A stretch of 64,000 nucleotides of DNA, taken from assembly GCF_044324785.1 (NCBI RefSeq), contig NZ_CP172127.1, one strand, 5' to 3'. A program made the translations under genes and the position numbers. Numbering within the stretch: position 1 is the stretch's first letter; the number at the start of each line of letters is the position of its first letter. Below the pieces are notes generated by a model. The model saw only the letters and a program-made list of their open reading frames with translations. It was not told the origin of the DNA and ran no database searches. Of this stretch, positions 44,309 through 55,274 are shown in pieces. The stretch comes from Escherichia coli. GTDB lineage: Bacteria; Pseudomonadota; Gammaproteobacteria; Enterobacterales; Enterobacteriaceae.

Positions 44309-44350
44309 GCGGGTCGATTTATTTACGTAAATCGGCCCGCTTTCTTTTTA
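44309..44350 (+). terminator. rho-independent terminator after speA
   Basis: Hairpin gcgggtcgattt...aaatcggcccgc followed by tttcttttt. Confidence 0.55.
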
Positions 44351-44436
44351 TATATTCTTAAAAATAATTTAGCTGCTTTTCTTATTAAATAATCCCCCTA
44401 CAATCGCTGCATTAATTAAATACAGAGGGAACGGTT

Positions 44437-45168
44437 ATGAAAAAATGGAAAGTACGTAGCGCGTTGATAGCATTAGTCGTGCTGCTGACCGGTTGTTCCA
44501 GTAATGCGCAGTATAATAGCAGTACATCGGGCAATGTCGGCACCGCCTGGGGTGGGGATGTGCACTCATCGGTTCAGGGCGTATCTGCTGAGCGAGCCTG
44601 GCGCGATCCGGCAGAGATGATCGTTATTAGTTATTCGACTACTGTTCCTTCGGGCTACGACCGCGTTTATAGCATTCGTATTAACGAACTGGAATATGCT
44701 ATTCGCGATGGTAATTTTAATTCTCTACCTATTACGCGGGTTTATGATTCATCCAATAATGAACCACGCTATATTGTCCATGCCAGAATCGGAATGAATT
44801 ATCAATTATATATCCGTAATTACAGTCGTAACACCAACTACGAGATCGTTGCTACGGTTGATGGCCTGGATGTGCTGAACGGCAAGCAAGGTTCGCTGAA
44901 TAACAATGGCTATATTGTGAATGCCGGAGATTCGTTAGCGATTAAAGGATTCCGCAAAGATAAACATACCGAAGCGGCTTTTCAGTTCGCCAACGTTGCT
45001 GATTCCTACGCAGCCAATTCGGCGCAAGGCGATGTGCGTAATACCGGGGTAATCGGCTTTGCCGCCTTTGAATTACAAGGCCCGGCGCAAAACGCGATGC
45101 CACCGTGCTCTGGACAAGCCTTTCCGGCAGATAACAATGGCTATGCACCGCCACCGTGCCGGAAATAG
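44437..45168 (+). CDS. predicted lipoprotein of unknown function (243 aa) inserted between speA and speB
   Basis: Lipobox (LLTGCSS); AT-rich leader; own terminator downstream; function unknown. Confidence 0.65.
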   Translation: MKKWKVRSALIALVVLLTGCSSNAQYNSSTSGNVGTAWGGDVHSSVQGVSAERAWRDPAEMIVISYSTTVPSGYDRVYSIRINELEYAIRDGNFNSLPITRVYDSSNNEPRYIVHARIGMNYQLYIRNYSRNTNYEIVATVDGLDVLNGKQGSLNNNGYIVNAGDSLAIKGFRKDKHTEAAFQFANVADSYAANSAQGDVRNTGVIGFAAFELQGPAQNAMPPCSGQAFPADNNGYAPPPCRK

Positions 45169-45235
45169 CAACCTCGCTTGATGCCTCGTCCATTTAAGGC
45201 GATAATTAGCGCAAACTTGTGTTTCGCAAATCCAA

Positions 45236-45276
45236 CCCTTCCTCGTCGGGCCTAACGACGCGGAAGGGTTTTTTTA
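45236..45276 (+). terminator. rho-independent terminator after the lipoprotein gene
   Basis: Hairpin cccttcc...ggaaggg followed by a T7 run. Confidence 0.6.
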
Positions 45277-45303
45277 TATCGACTTTGTAATAGGAGTCCA
45301 TCC

Positions 45304-46224
45304 ATGAGCACCTTAGGTCATCAATACGATAACTCACTGGTTTCCAACGCCTTTGGTTTTTTACGCCTGCCGATGAACTTCCAGCCATATGACAGCGATG
45401 CTGACTGGGTGATTACTGGCGTGCCGTTCGATATGGCCACTTCTGGTCGTGCGGGGGGACGCCACGGTCCGGCAGCGATCCGTCAGGTTTCGACGAATCT
45501 GGCCTGGGAACACAATCGCTTCCCGTGGAATTTCGACATGCGTGAGCGCCTGAATGTCGTGGACTGCGGCGATCTGGTATATGCCTTCGGCGATGCCCGT
45601 GAGATGAGCGAGAAGCTGCAGGCGCACGCCGAGAAGCTGCTGGCTGCTGGTAAGCGTATGCTCTCCTTCGGTGGTGACCACTTTGTTACGCTGCCGCTGC
45701 TGCGTGCTCATGCGAAGCATTTCGGCAAAATGGCGCTGGTACACTTTGACGCCCACACCGACACCTATGCGAACGGTTGTGAATTTGACCACGGGACCAT
45801 GTTCTATACCGCGCCGAAAGAAGGTCTGATCGACCCGAATCATTCCGTGCAGATTGGTATTCGTACTGAGTTCGATAAAGACAACGGCTTTACCGTGCTG
45901 GACGCCTGCCAGGTGAACGATCGCAGCGTGGATGACGTTATCGCTCAGGTGAAACAGATTGTAGGTGATATGCCGGTTTACCTGACTTTTGATATCGACT
46001 GTCTGGATCCTGCTTTCGCGCCGGGAACTGGTACGCCGGTGATTGGCGGCCTGACCTCTGATCGCGCCATTAAACTGGTACGCGGCCTGAAAGATCTCAA
46101 CATTGTTGGGATGGACGTAGTGGAAGTGGCTCCGGCATACGATCAGTCGGAAATCACCGCTCTGGCTGCGGCGACGCTGGCGCTGGAGATGCTGTATATT
46201 CAGGCAGCGAAAAAGGGCGAGTAA
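45304..46224 (+). CDS. speB: agmatinase (306 aa)
   Basis: Ureohydrolase translation ([29 protein letters not shown]...). Confidence 0.95.
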   Translation: MSTLGHQYDNSLVSNAFGFLRLPMNFQPYDSDADWVITGVPFDMATSGRAGGRHGPAAIRQVSTNLAWEHNRFPWNFDMRERLNVVDCGDLVYAFGDAREMSEKLQAHAEKLLAAGKRMLSFGGDHFVTLPLLRAHAKHFGKMALVHFDAHTDTYANGCEFDHGTMFYTAPKEGLIDPNHSVQIGIRTEFDKDNGFTVLDACQVNDRSVDDVIAQVKQIVGDMPVYLTFDIDCLDPAFAPGTGTPVIGGLTSDRAIKLVRGLKDLNIVGMDVVEVAPAYDQSEITALAAATLALEMLYIQAAKKGE

Positions 46225-46260
46225 GCGCCGGATAAGATGCGTTATGCGTCAAATCCGGCG
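46225..46260. repeat. REP-like palindromic element
   Basis: gcgccggataag...tccggcg. Confidence 0.5.
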
Positions 46261-46271
46261 TAATAAAATGC

Positions 46272-47030
46272 TTACTTAACTCCATCCGCGCTCATACGAT
46301 CGCGAATATGCTGGGCGCGTTCGGCGGATGCTGGATGGTCGTCAAACATTGAGCTTTGACGGCCTTCTTCCAGCTTCGCCAGTTTTTCAAAGCTGGTGGC
46401 AAGACCTGCCGGGCTGATGCCGCGTTGGCGCAGAAGATCGTAAGAATAATCATCGGCTTCTGCTTCCTGGCGCTGGGAGAATTGCGAATTGACTAATTTC
46501 TCGCCCAGATCACCGAGTTGTGATTGCGATAAACTGCCGACAATCCCGCCCGCAGAGGCCGCAGCTACTCGTACGGCATTTGTACCAAGTGCCACCTGCA
46601 TCCCTTTCTTCACATGGCCTAACGCTACGTGCCCCATCTCGTGACCGATCACCGCTTCGACTTCGTTATCTGTCATCATATCCATCAGCCCGCTATAGAC
46701 GCGGATACAGCCGTTAGCCATTGCAAAGGCGTTCACATCCTTCGCCATATACACTTTGTAATTCACCGGCTGACCGTTGATATTGTTGCCTAGCGCATTG
46801 GCAATAGTTGTCAGACGTTTAGCGTATTCGCTATTGGCTGGCGCAATCGTCGCCTTGCTGTCCATCTCCTGACATGCCTGATCGCTCAGGGTTTTCACCT
46901 GCGCATCACTCAAACTGTAAGCCTGAAAAGCTTCCGCTCCTGATGAGAGCAGTCCGTTGGAGTCCATATTCTGGCAACCGGTCAGTACCGTTGCCACGCT
47001 CATTGCTACCAATAAGGCGCGAATTTTCAT
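46272..47030 (-). CDS. loiP: M48 metalloprotease LoiP (252 aa)
   Basis: Start at internal ATG (MKIRALLVAMSVATVLTGCQN, lipobox); HEXXH motif (IGHEMGHVAL). Confidence 0.9.
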   Translation of the reverse strand: MKIRALLVAMSVATVLTGCQNMDSNGLLSSGAEAFQAYSLSDAQVKTLSDQACQEMDSKATIAPANSEYAKRLTTIANALGNNINGQPVNYKVYMAKDVNAFAMANGCIRVYSGLMDMMTDNEVEAVIGHEMGHVALGHVKKGMQVALGTNAVRVAAASAGGIVGSLSQSQLGDLGEKLVNSQFSQRQEAEADDYSYDLLRQRGISPAGLATSFEKLAKLEEGRQSSMFDDHPASAERAQHIRDRMSADGVK

Positions 47031-47307
47031 GTTTTCTCTTCCGCACAAGGTCAGGATTATTCTAAAAATGCGCCGTTTGCAGGTGAATCGACGCTTAGTC
47101 TCAGTATAAGGAAAAGCGCAGCGGACGGGCGAGTAGATTGCGCAACATGCGAGCATGATCCAGAGATTTCTGAAGCAGCAAAAGGATGTTCCATGTACAT
47201 GACGCGCGGCTTGCGGTAAATTGTTGGCAAATTTTCCGGCGTAGCCCAAAACGCGCTGTCGTCAAGTCGTTAAGGGCGTGCCCTTCATCATCCGATCTGG
47301 AGTCAAA

Positions 47308-49299
47308 ATGTCCTCACGTAAAGAGCTTGCCAATGCTATTCGTGCGCTGAGCATGGACGCAGTACAGAAAGCCAAATCCGGTCACCCGGGTGCCCCTATG
47401 GGTATGGCTGACATTGCCGAAGTCCTGTGGCGTGATTTCCTGAAACACAACCCGCAGAATCCGTCCTGGGCTGACCGTGACCGCTTCGTGCTGTCCAACG
47501 GCCACGGCTCCATGCTGATCTACAGCCTGCTGCACCTCACCGGTTACGATCTGCCGATGGAAGAACTGAAAAACTTCCGTCAGCTGCACTCTAAAACTCC
47601 GGGTCACCCGGAAGTGGGTTACACCGCTGGTGTGGAAACCACTACTGGTCCGCTGGGTCAGGGTATTGCCAACGCAGTCGGTATGGCGATTGCAGAAAAA
47701 ACGCTGGCGGCGCAGTTTAACCGTCCGGGCCACGACATTGTCGACCACTACACCTACGCCTTCATGGGCGACGGCTGCATGATGGAAGGCATCTCCCACG
47801 AGGTTTGCTCTCTGGCGGGTACGCTGAAGCTGGGTAAACTGATTGCGTTCTACGATGACAACGGTATCTCTATCGATGGTCACGTTGAAGGCTGGTTTAC
47901 TGACGACACCGCAATGCGTTTCGAAGCTTACGGCTGGCACGTTATTCGCGGCATCGACGGTCATGACGCGGCATCCATCAAACGCGCAGTAGAAGAAGCG
48001 CGCGCAGTGACTGACAAACCGTCCCTGCTGATGTGCAAAACCATCATCGGTTTCGGTTCACCGAACAAAGCCGGTACGCACGACTCCCACGGTGCGCCGC
48101 TGGGCGACGCTGAAATCGCCCTGACCCGCGAACAGCTGGGCTGGAAATATGCACCGTTCGAAATCCCGTCTGAAATCTATGCTCAGTGGGATGCGAAAGA
48201 AGCAGGCCAGGCGAAAGAATCCGCATGGAACGAGAAATTCGCAGCTTACGCGAAAGCTTATCCGCAGGAAGCCGCTGAATTTACCCGCCGTATGAAAGGC
48301 GAAATGCCGTCTGACTTCGACGCTAAAGCGAAAGAGTTCATCGCTAAACTGCAGGCTAACCCGGCGAAAATCGCCAGCCGTAAAGCGTCTCAGAATGCGA
48401 TTGAAGCGTTCGGTCCGCTGTTGCCGGAATTCCTCGGCGGCTCTGCTGACCTGGCACCGTCTAACCTGACCCTGTGGTCTGGTTCTAAAGCAATCAACGA
48501 AGATGCTGCGGGTAACTACATCCACTACGGTGTTCGCGAGTTCGGTATGACCGCGATTGCTAACGGTATCTCCCTGCACGGTGGCTTCCTGCCGTACACC
48601 TCCACCTTCCTGATGTTCGTGGAATACGCACGTAACGCCGTACGTATGGCTGCGCTGATGAAACAGCGTCAGGTGATGGTTTACACCCACGACTCCATCG
48701 GTCTGGGCGAAGATGGCCCGACTCACCAGCCGGTAGAGCAGGTTGCTTCTCTGCGCGTGACCCCGAACATGTCTACATGGCGTCCATGTGACCAGGTTGA
48801 ATCTGCAGTGGCATGGAAATACGGTGTTGAGCGTCAGGACGGCCCGACTGCGCTTATCCTCTCCCGTCAGAACCTGGCGCAGCAGGAGCGTACTGAAGAG
48901 CAGCTGGCAAACATCGCGCGCGGTGGTTATGTGCTGAAAGACTGTGCCGGTCAGCCGGAACTGATCTTCATCGCGACCGGTTCGGAAGTTGAACTGGCGG
49001 TTGCCGCCTACGAAAAACTGACTGCCGAAGGCGTGAAGGCGCGCGTGGTTTCCATGCCGTCTACCGACGCATTCGACAAGCAGGATGCGGCTTACCGTGA
49101 ATCCGTACTGCCGAAAGCGGTTACTGCACGCGTTGCGGTGGAAGCTGGCATTGCTGACTACTGGTACAAGTATGTTGGCCTGAACGGTGCTATCGTCGGC
49201 ATGACCACCTTCGGTGAGTCTGCCCCGGCAGAACTGCTGTTTGAAGAGTTCGGCTTCACCGTTGACAACGTTGTTGCGAAAGCAAAAGAACTGCTGTAA
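47308..49299 (+). CDS. tktA: transketolase 1 (663 aa)
   Basis: Start at internal ATG ([41 protein letters not shown]...). Confidence 0.95.
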   Translation: MSSRKELANAIRALSMDAVQKAKSGHPGAPMGMADIAEVLWRDFLKHNPQNPSWADRDRFVLSNGHGSMLIYSLLHLTGYDLPMEELKNFRQLHSKTPGHPEVGYTAGVETTTGPLGQGIANAVGMAIAEKTLAAQFNRPGHDIVDHYTYAFMGDGCMMEGISHEVCSLAGTLKLGKLIAFYDDNGISIDGHVEGWFTDDTAMRFEAYGWHVIRGIDGHDAASIKRAVEEARAVTDKPSLLMCKTIIGFGSPNKAGTHDSHGAPLGDAEIALTREQLGWKYAPFEIPSEIYAQWDAKEAGQAKESAWNEKFAAYAKAYPQEAAEFTRRMKGEMPSDFDAKAKEFIAKLQANPAKIASRKASQNAIEAFGPLLPEFLGGSADLAPSNLTLWSGSKAINEDAAGNYIHYGVREFGMTAIANGISLHGGFLPYTSTFLMFVEYARNAVRMAALMKQRQVMVYTHDSIGLGEDGPTHQPVEQVASLRVTPNMSTWRPCDQVESAVAWKYGVERQDGPTALILSRQNLAQQERTEEQLANIARGGYVLKDCAGQPELIFIATGSEVELAVAAYEKLTAEGVKARVVSMPSTDAFDKQDAAYRESVLPKAVTARVAVEAGIADYWYKYVGLNGAIVGMTTFGESAPAELLFEEFGFTVDNVVAKAKELL

Positions 49300-49320
49300 T
49301 CGGTAAGATGCTTTGTGAGA

Positions 49321-49347
49321 AGGGCCGCGAAAGCGGCCCTTTTTTTA
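49321..49347. terminator. bidirectional rho-independent terminator between convergent tktA and the SPFH gene
   Basis: agggccgcgaaagcggccct followed by ttttttt; overlaps the SPFH stop codon. Confidence 0.75.
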
Positions 49348-50253
49348 CTTAGTAGAGATAAACGGAACTGTACTGCCGGGGATCATGGTATCGGGTAGCT
49401 TACCGTCCCAACGCTCAGCAGTGGTGAGGGCAACAAGTCCGGGATTATCCCGCAGAGCTTCACCGCGCAGGCGGATCGCTTCTGCTTCAGCCGCACTTTT
49501 TAAACGAATAGTTTCAGCCTCTGCCGCGCCTCTTACGCGAATAGTCTCAGCTTCTGCTTTGGCTGCCGCCAGTTTACTGTCTGCTTCTGCCTGGGCCTGA
49601 GTTACCGCTATTTGCGCCTGGATTTTCTCTGTTTCCAGATTTTGCTTACGCGTGGCAATGGCGACTTCTGCTTTCATTCGGTCTTCAATCGACTTTTCAT
49701 AAGCGTCAGAAAAATCAATATTTTCAATCTGGACCCCGTCAATTACCACTGGCCCAACAACGGCTTTGCGCATGGCATTTTGCAGATCCTGAACCAGTTT
49801 TGTACGATCCTGTACCGCGCTGATGGCGGTATATTGGCCGAAAACGTTCTCCAGTTGAGTTGGCAACTGACGGACAATCAGACGATCTTTTAATGCTTCA
49901 ATGGTGTTGTAGGTGGTATAAACCGCGCCTGCTTCTGAAGGTTTAATGTGGAAGCTGACTGATACTGTCATTTGTGCCGGTTGCTGGTCGCGGCTGTAGG
50001 CCTGTAATCCCTGATAGACCACAGCCTGATTACGCGTGGAAATTTTCTCCACGCTTTCCATAAACGGGATCTTAAAACCCAGACCCGGCTCGGCAACTTT
50101 TACGATTTTTCCGTAGCGCAGCAAAATGCCGCGTTCACCTTCATTAACGGTGTAATACGAGAGAAATGGCAGCACAACCACGGCAAGCACGCCAATGGCG
50201 ATAGCAAGAGATTTTTGTGGGCGAAATGAGGTTAATGAAACAGGTGCTTTCAT
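49345..50253 (-). CDS. SPFH/band-7 (prohibitin-like) membrane protein with Ala/Glu-rich repeated C-terminus (302 aa)
   Basis: Start at ATG 50253 with AAGGAAG RBS; N-terminal TM segment (LAIAIGVLAVVVLPFLSYY), SPFH core, then three 11-aa repeats (AEAETIRVRGA, AEAETIRLKSA, AEAEAIRLRGE). Confidence 0.75.
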   Translation of the reverse strand: MKAPVSLTSFRPQKSLAIAIGVLAVVVLPFLSYYTVNEGERGILLRYGKIVKVAEPGLGFKIPFMESVEKISTRNQAVVYQGLQAYSRDQQPAQMTVSVSFHIKPSEAGAVYTTYNTIEALKDRLIVRQLPTQLENVFGQYTAISAVQDRTKLVQDLQNAMRKAVVGPVVIDGVQIENIDFSDAYEKSIEDRMKAEVAIATRKQNLETEKIQAQIAVTQAQAEADSKLAAAKAEAETIRVRGAAEAETIRLKSAAEAEAIRLRGEALRDNPGLVALTTAERWDGKLPDTMIPGSTVPFISTK

Positions 50254-50629
50254 ATGAATCTTCCTTGAGTAAAGTGGGGAATATGTCACATGAGGTAAGG
50301 AGAAAATAGCCGACAGGTGAGAATTCAGAATCTATAAAGGGGTATAGCGAAAAAACGTTGCATTAAAAAAGTATGTTTTCGGATATTCAATAAATAAATG
50401 GCGATATGCATCACAAATACAATAACTAACAAAATGTTGATTTTGTGATAAACATAACAAATACAAAGTTGACTTTAAAAATATCAATTTCATATTGTTG
50501 TTATTTAAGGTTTTATTATTTTGGTTTATGGGGTTTTTCTTCTCGCGTACCCAATTGCTTTCATTAAACCGCACGAGTATTTTATTTTTACCGCCGGACG
50601 GTACCCTAAAAATAAAATAAGGATAATTT

Positions 50630-51073
50630 ATGCGGCTTAGTGATTATTTTCCAGAATCATCAATCTCAGTTATACATTCAGCAAAAGATTGGCAGGAAGC
50701 TATCGATTTCTCGATGGCATCATTGCTGGATAAAAACTATATCAGCGAGAATTACATTCAGGCAATTAAAGATTCCACCATTAACAATGGCCCTTATTAT
50801 ATTCTCGCGCCAGGTGTGGCAATGCCTCATGCGCGACCGGAATGTGGGGCGCTTAAAACCGGGATGTCTTTGACGTTACTTAAACAAGGCGTTTATTTTC
50901 CGGGGAATGACGAACCGATTAAATTACTCATCGGGCTTTCTGCTGCCGATGCCGATTCGCACATTGGCGCTATTCAGGCGTTAAGTGAATTACTGTGCGA
51001 AGAAGAAATACTCGAACAACTCTTAACAGCATCATCAGAAAAACAATTAGCGGACATTATCAGCTGCGGATAA
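50630..51073 (+). CDS. cmtB: PTS EIIA component, mannitol/fructose class, cryptic (147 aa)
   Basis: EIIA-2 fold with active-site His (GVAMPHAR); synteny tktA-cmtB-cmtA. Confidence 0.8.
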   Translation: MRLSDYFPESSISVIHSAKDWQEAIDFSMASLLDKNYISENYIQAIKDSTINNGPYYILAPGVAMPHARPECGALKTGMSLTLLKQGVYFPGNDEPIKLLIGLSAADADSHIGAIQALSELLCEEEILEQLLTASSEKQLADIISCG

Positions 51074-51100
51074 TGACTCTCTCCTCTACAGGATAATATT

Positions 51101-52489
51101 ATGGAAAACAAGTCTGCTCGTGCAAAGGTCCAGGCTTTTGGGGGCTTTTTGACGGCAATGGTCATCCCCAATATCGGTGCTTTTATTGCCTGGGGTTTTA
51201 TTACTGCATTATTTATTCCTACTGGTTGGCTGCCGAATGAACATTTCGCCAAAATTGTCGGCCCGATGATTACCTATTTATTGCCCGTGATGATTGGTTC
51301 TACCGGTGGTCATCTGGTCGGCGGTAAACGCGGCGCGGTCATGGGCGGAATTGGTACGATTGGTGTGATCGTCGGCGCAGAGATCCCGATGTTCCTTGGC
51401 TCAATGATTATGGGGCCGCTCGGTGGGCTGGTCATAAAATATGTCGATAAGGCACTGGAAAAACGCATACCTGCTGGTTTTGAGATGGTTATCAATAACT
51501 TCTCATTAGGTATCGCGGGGATGCTCCTTTGTCTGCTGGGTTTTGAAGTGATCGGCCCGGCGGTGTTAATTGCCAATACTTTCGTCAAAGAGTGTATTGA
51601 GGCGCTGGTACATGCGGGTTATCTGCCTCTGCTGTCAGTCATCAATGAACCGGCGAAAGTGCTTTTCCTTAATAATGCGATCGATCAGGGCGTCTATTAT
51701 CCGCTGGGAATGCAACAGGCTTCGGTTAACGGTAAATCCATCTTCTTTATGGTGGCCTCTAACCCAGGTCCGGGCCTGGGGCTGCTGCTGGCGTTTACCT
51801 TGTTTGGTAAAGGGATGAGTAAACGTTCTGCGCCCGGGGCGATGATTATTCACTTCCTCGGTGGGATCCACGAACTGTATTTCCCATATGTGCTGATGAA
51901 GCCGCTGACTATTATTGCCATGATTGCGGGCGGTATGTCTGGCACCTGGATGTTTAACTTACTGGACGGTGGTCTGGTGGCTGGCCCAAGTCCGGGGTCT
52001 ATCTTTGCTTACCTGGCGCTGACGCCGAAAGGTTCGTTCCTGGCGACAATTGCCGGTGTTACGGTAGGTACCCTGGTGTCCTTTGCTATCACTTCGCTGA
52101 TACTGAAGATGGAAAAAACGGTGGAAACGGAGAGCGAAGATGAGTTTGCTCAGTCAGCCAATGCGGTTAAGGCGATGAAACAAGAGGGTGCATTCTCGTT
52201 AAGCCGGGTTAAGCGTATCGCCTTTGTTTGCGATGCGGGGATGGGCTCCAGCGCGATGGGCGCAACCACCTTCCGTAAACGTCTGGAAAAAGCGGGGCTG
52301 GCAATTGAAGTAAAACATTACGCGATAGAAAACGTGCCTGCGGATGCGGATATCGTTGTTACTCATGCCAGTCTGGAAGGGCGCGTGAAACGTGTGACGG
52401 ATAAACCGCTGATACTGATTAATAACTATATTGGCGATCCAAAACTCGACACTTTATTTAATCAATTAACCGCCGAACATAAAAACTGA
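51101..52489 (+). CDS. cmtA: PTS EIICB component, mannitol-like, cryptic (462 aa)
   Basis: Polytopic EIIC followed by EIIB domain (FVCDAGMGSSAMGA). Confidence 0.8.
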   Translation: MENKSARAKVQAFGGFLTAMVIPNIGAFIAWGFITALFIPTGWLPNEHFAKIVGPMITYLLPVMIGSTGGHLVGGKRGAVMGGIGTIGVIVGAEIPMFLGSMIMGPLGGLVIKYVDKALEKRIPAGFEMVINNFSLGIAGMLLCLLGFEVIGPAVLIANTFVKECIEALVHAGYLPLLSVINEPAKVLFLNNAIDQGVYYPLGMQQASVNGKSIFFMVASNPGPGLGLLLAFTLFGKGMSKRSAPGAMIIHFLGGIHELYFPYVLMKPLTIIAMIAGGMSGTWMFNLLDGGLVAGPSPGSIFAYLALTPKGSFLATIAGVTVGTLVSFAITSLILKMEKTVETESEDEFAQSANAVKAMKQEGAFSLSRVKRIAFVCDAGMGSSAMGATTFRKRLEKAGLAIEVKHYAIENVPADADIVVTHASLEGRVKRVTDKPLILINNYIGDPKLDTLFNQLTAEHKN

Positions 52490-52503
52490 TTGCCGAGGTA
52501 AAA

Positions 52504-53781
52504 ATGAAAACCAAAGTTGCTGCTATTTATGGCAAGCGGGATGTCCGTCTGCGCGAATTTGAACTGCCAGAAATTACCGATAATGAACTGTTAGTGAGTG
52601 TGATTTCTGACAGCGTCTGTTTATCGACCTGGAAAGCGGCGTTACTCGGTAGTGAACATAAACGCGTACCCGACGATTTAGAAAATCATCCGGTCATTAC
52701 CGGGCATGAATGTGCCGGGGTTATTGTTGAAGTGGGTAAAAATCTCGCTGGCAAATATAAAAAAGGCCAGCGTTTTGTATTGCAACCGGCGATGGGGTTA
52801 CCAAGCGGATATTCAGCGGGCTACAGCTACGAATATTTTGGCGGTAACGCCACCTATATGATTATTCCCGAAATCGCCATTAATTTGGGCTGCGTATTAC
52901 CGTATCACGGCTCTTATTTTGCTGCGGCGTCGCTGGCAGAGCCTATGTGCTGCATTATTGGCGCTTATCATGCCAATTATCACACCACGCAATATGTTTA
53001 TGAGCATCGCATGGGCGTTAAACCTGGCGGCAATATTGCGCTGCTGGCATGTGCTGGTCCGATGGGCATTGGCGCTATCGATTACGCCATTAACGGCGGC
53101 ATACAACCGTCGCGAGTGGTGGTGGTCGATATCGACGACAAACGCCTGGCGCAGGTAGAGAAGCTGCTGCCGGTGGAACTGGCGGCCAGTAAAGGCATTG
53201 AGCTGGTGTATGTGAATACCAAAGGGATGAGCGATCCGGTCCAGACGCTGCGGGCGCTGACGGATGATGCCGGATTTGATGACGTATTTGTCTATGCAGC
53301 GGTGCCTTCAGTCGTCGAGATGGCTGATGAATTACTGGCGGAAGATGGCTGCCTGAACTTCTTTGCCGGGCCGACGGATAAAAACTTCAAAGTGCCGTTT
53401 AATTTCTACAACGTCCATTACAACAGCACGCATGTCGTCGGTACGTCCGGCGGTTCAACGGACGACATGAAAGAGGCGATTGCGCTTAGCGCCACAGGGC
53501 AGTTGCAGCCGTCGTTTATGGTGACCCATATCGGTGGGCTGGATGCGGTGCCTGATACCGTGCTCAATCTGCCGGATATCCCCGGCGGTAAAAAACTCAT
53601 TTATAACGGCGTCACCATGCCGCTCACTGCCATTGCCGATTTTGCCGAAAAAGGCAAAACCGATCCGCTGTTTAAAGAGCTGGCGCGGCTGGTTGAGGAA
53701 ACGCACGGCATCTGGAATGAGCAGGCCGAGAAATATCTGCTGGCGCAATTTGGCGTTGATATCGGGGAGGCCGCACAATGA
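52504..53781 (+). CDS. yggP: Zn-dependent polyol/alcohol dehydrogenase-like protein YggP (425 aa)
   Basis: MDR-family motifs (GHECAGV); synteny. Confidence 0.8.
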   Translation: MKTKVAAIYGKRDVRLREFELPEITDNELLVSVISDSVCLSTWKAALLGSEHKRVPDDLENHPVITGHECAGVIVEVGKNLAGKYKKGQRFVLQPAMGLPSGYSAGYSYEYFGGNATYMIIPEIAINLGCVLPYHGSYFAAASLAEPMCCIIGAYHANYHTTQYVYEHRMGVKPGGNIALLACAGPMGIGAIDYAINGGIQPSRVVVVDIDDKRLAQVEKLLPVELAASKGIELVYVNTKGMSDPVQTLRALTDDAGFDDVFVYAAVPSVVEMADELLAEDGCLNFFAGPTDKNFKVPFNFYNVHYNSTHVVGTSGGSTDDMKEAIALSATGQLQPSFMVTHIGGLDAVPDTVLNLPDIPGGKKLIYNGVTMPLTAIADFAEKGKTDPLFKELARLVEETHGIWNEQAEKYLLAQFGVDIGEAAQ

Positions 53782-54743
53782 TGTCCCTGGCGTGGCCATT
53801 ATTTCGCGTTACGGAACAGGCAGCGTTGGCTGCCTGGCCGCAAACCGGATGTGGCGACAAAAATAAAATTGATGGCCTGGCGGTCACCGCGATGCGCCAG
53901 GCATTAAACGACGTCGCTTTTCGTGGGCGAGTGGTTATCGGCGAGGGAGAGATTGACCATGCGCCGATGCTGTGGATTGGCGAAGAGGTGGGCAAAGGCG
54001 ATGGGCCAGAAGTCGATATCGCGGTTGACCCGATTGAAGGTACGCGGATGGTGGCGATGGGGCAGAGCAATGCGCTGGCGGTCATGGCTTTCGCCCCTCG
54101 AGATAGCCTGTTACACGCGCCCGATATGTATATGAAAAAACTGGTTGTTAATCGGCTGGCGGCGGGCGCGATTGATCTGTCCATGCCTCTGGCGGACAAC
54201 TTGCGCAACGTGGCGAAAGCGTTAGGCAAACCGCTGGACAAGCTGCGTATGGTTACGCTGGATAAACCGCGCCTGAGTGCCGCAATTGAGGAAGCAACAC
54301 AGCTGGGCGTGAAGGTTTTTGCCCTGCCGGATGGCGATGTCGCCGCCAGCGTGCTGACCTGCTGGCAGGATAATCCTTACGATGTGATGTACACCATCGG
54401 CGGTGCGCCAGAAGGCGTGATTTCTGCCTGTGCCGTTAAAGCATTAGGCGGGGATATGCAGGCCGAGCTGATTGACTTTTGTCAGGCTAAAGGGGATTAC
54501 ACGGAAAATCGGCAGATTGCAGAGCAGGAGCGCAAGCGTTGCAAGGAAATGGGCGTTGACGTTAACCGTGTGTACTCGCTCGATGAACTGGTGAGGGGGA
54601 ACGATATCCTCTTTAGCGCTACGGGCGTGACGGGCGGCGAGCTAGTGAACGGTATCCAACAGACGGCGAATGGGGTGCGGACGCAGACATTACTGATCGG
54701 CGGCGCGGACCAAACGTGTAATATAATAGACTCCCTGCATTGA
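53778..54743 (+). CDS. yggF: class II fructose-1,6-bisphosphatase paralogue (321 aa)
   Basis: GlpX-like translation; 4-bp overlap with yggP. Confidence 0.8.
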   Translation: MMSLAWPLFRVTEQAALAAWPQTGCGDKNKIDGLAVTAMRQALNDVAFRGRVVIGEGEIDHAPMLWIGEEVGKGDGPEVDIAVDPIEGTRMVAMGQSNALAVMAFAPRDSLLHAPDMYMKKLVVNRLAAGAIDLSMPLADNLRNVAKALGKPLDKLRMVTLDKPRLSAAIEEATQLGVKVFALPDGDVAASVLTCWQDNPYDVMYTIGGAPEGVISACAVKALGGDMQAELIDFCQAKGDYTENRQIAEQERKRCKEMGVDVNRVYSLDELVRGNDILFSATGVTGGELVNGIQQTANGVRTQTLLIGGADQTCNIIDSLH

Positions 54744-54764
54744 TGGTGATCTATCGGAAGACCA

Positions 54765-55274
54765 ATGGCGACGCTGACAGAAGATGATGTGCTTGAGCAA
54801 CTGGATGCACAGGACAATTTATTTTCATTTATGAAAACTGCGCATTCTATTTTGCTCCAGGGGATACGCCAGTTTCTGCCGTCGCTGTTTGTCGATAATG
54901 ATGAAGAGATCGTCGAATATGCAGTGAAGCCGTTACTCGCCCAAAGCGGCCCGCTTGACGATATTGATGTTGCACTGCGTTTGATTTACGCGCTGGGGAA
55001 AATGGATAAATGGTTGTACGCCGATATCACGCATTTTTCCCAGTTTTGGCATTACCTGAACGAACAGGATGAAACGCCCGGATTTGCCGATGATATAACC
55101 TGGGATTTTATCAGCAACGTCAATAGCATAATCCGCAATGCGAGTCTCTATGACGCGTTGAAAGCGATGAAATTCGCCGATTTCGCCGTCTGGTCAGAGG
55201 CGCGTTTTAGCGGGATGGTCAAAACGGCGCTGACGCTGGCAGTAACGACCACCTTAAAGGAATTAACGCCGTGA
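54765..55274 (+). CDS. yggD: MtlR-like regulator YggD (169 aa)
   Basis: Size and synteny. Confidence 0.7.
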   Translation: MATLTEDDVLEQLDAQDNLFSFMKTAHSILLQGIRQFLPSLFVDNDEEIVEYAVKPLLAQSGPLDDIDVALRLIYALGKMDKWLYADITHFSQFWHYLNEQDETPGFADDITWDFISNVNSIIRNASLYDALKAMKFADFAVWSEARFSGMVKTALTLAVTTTLKELTP

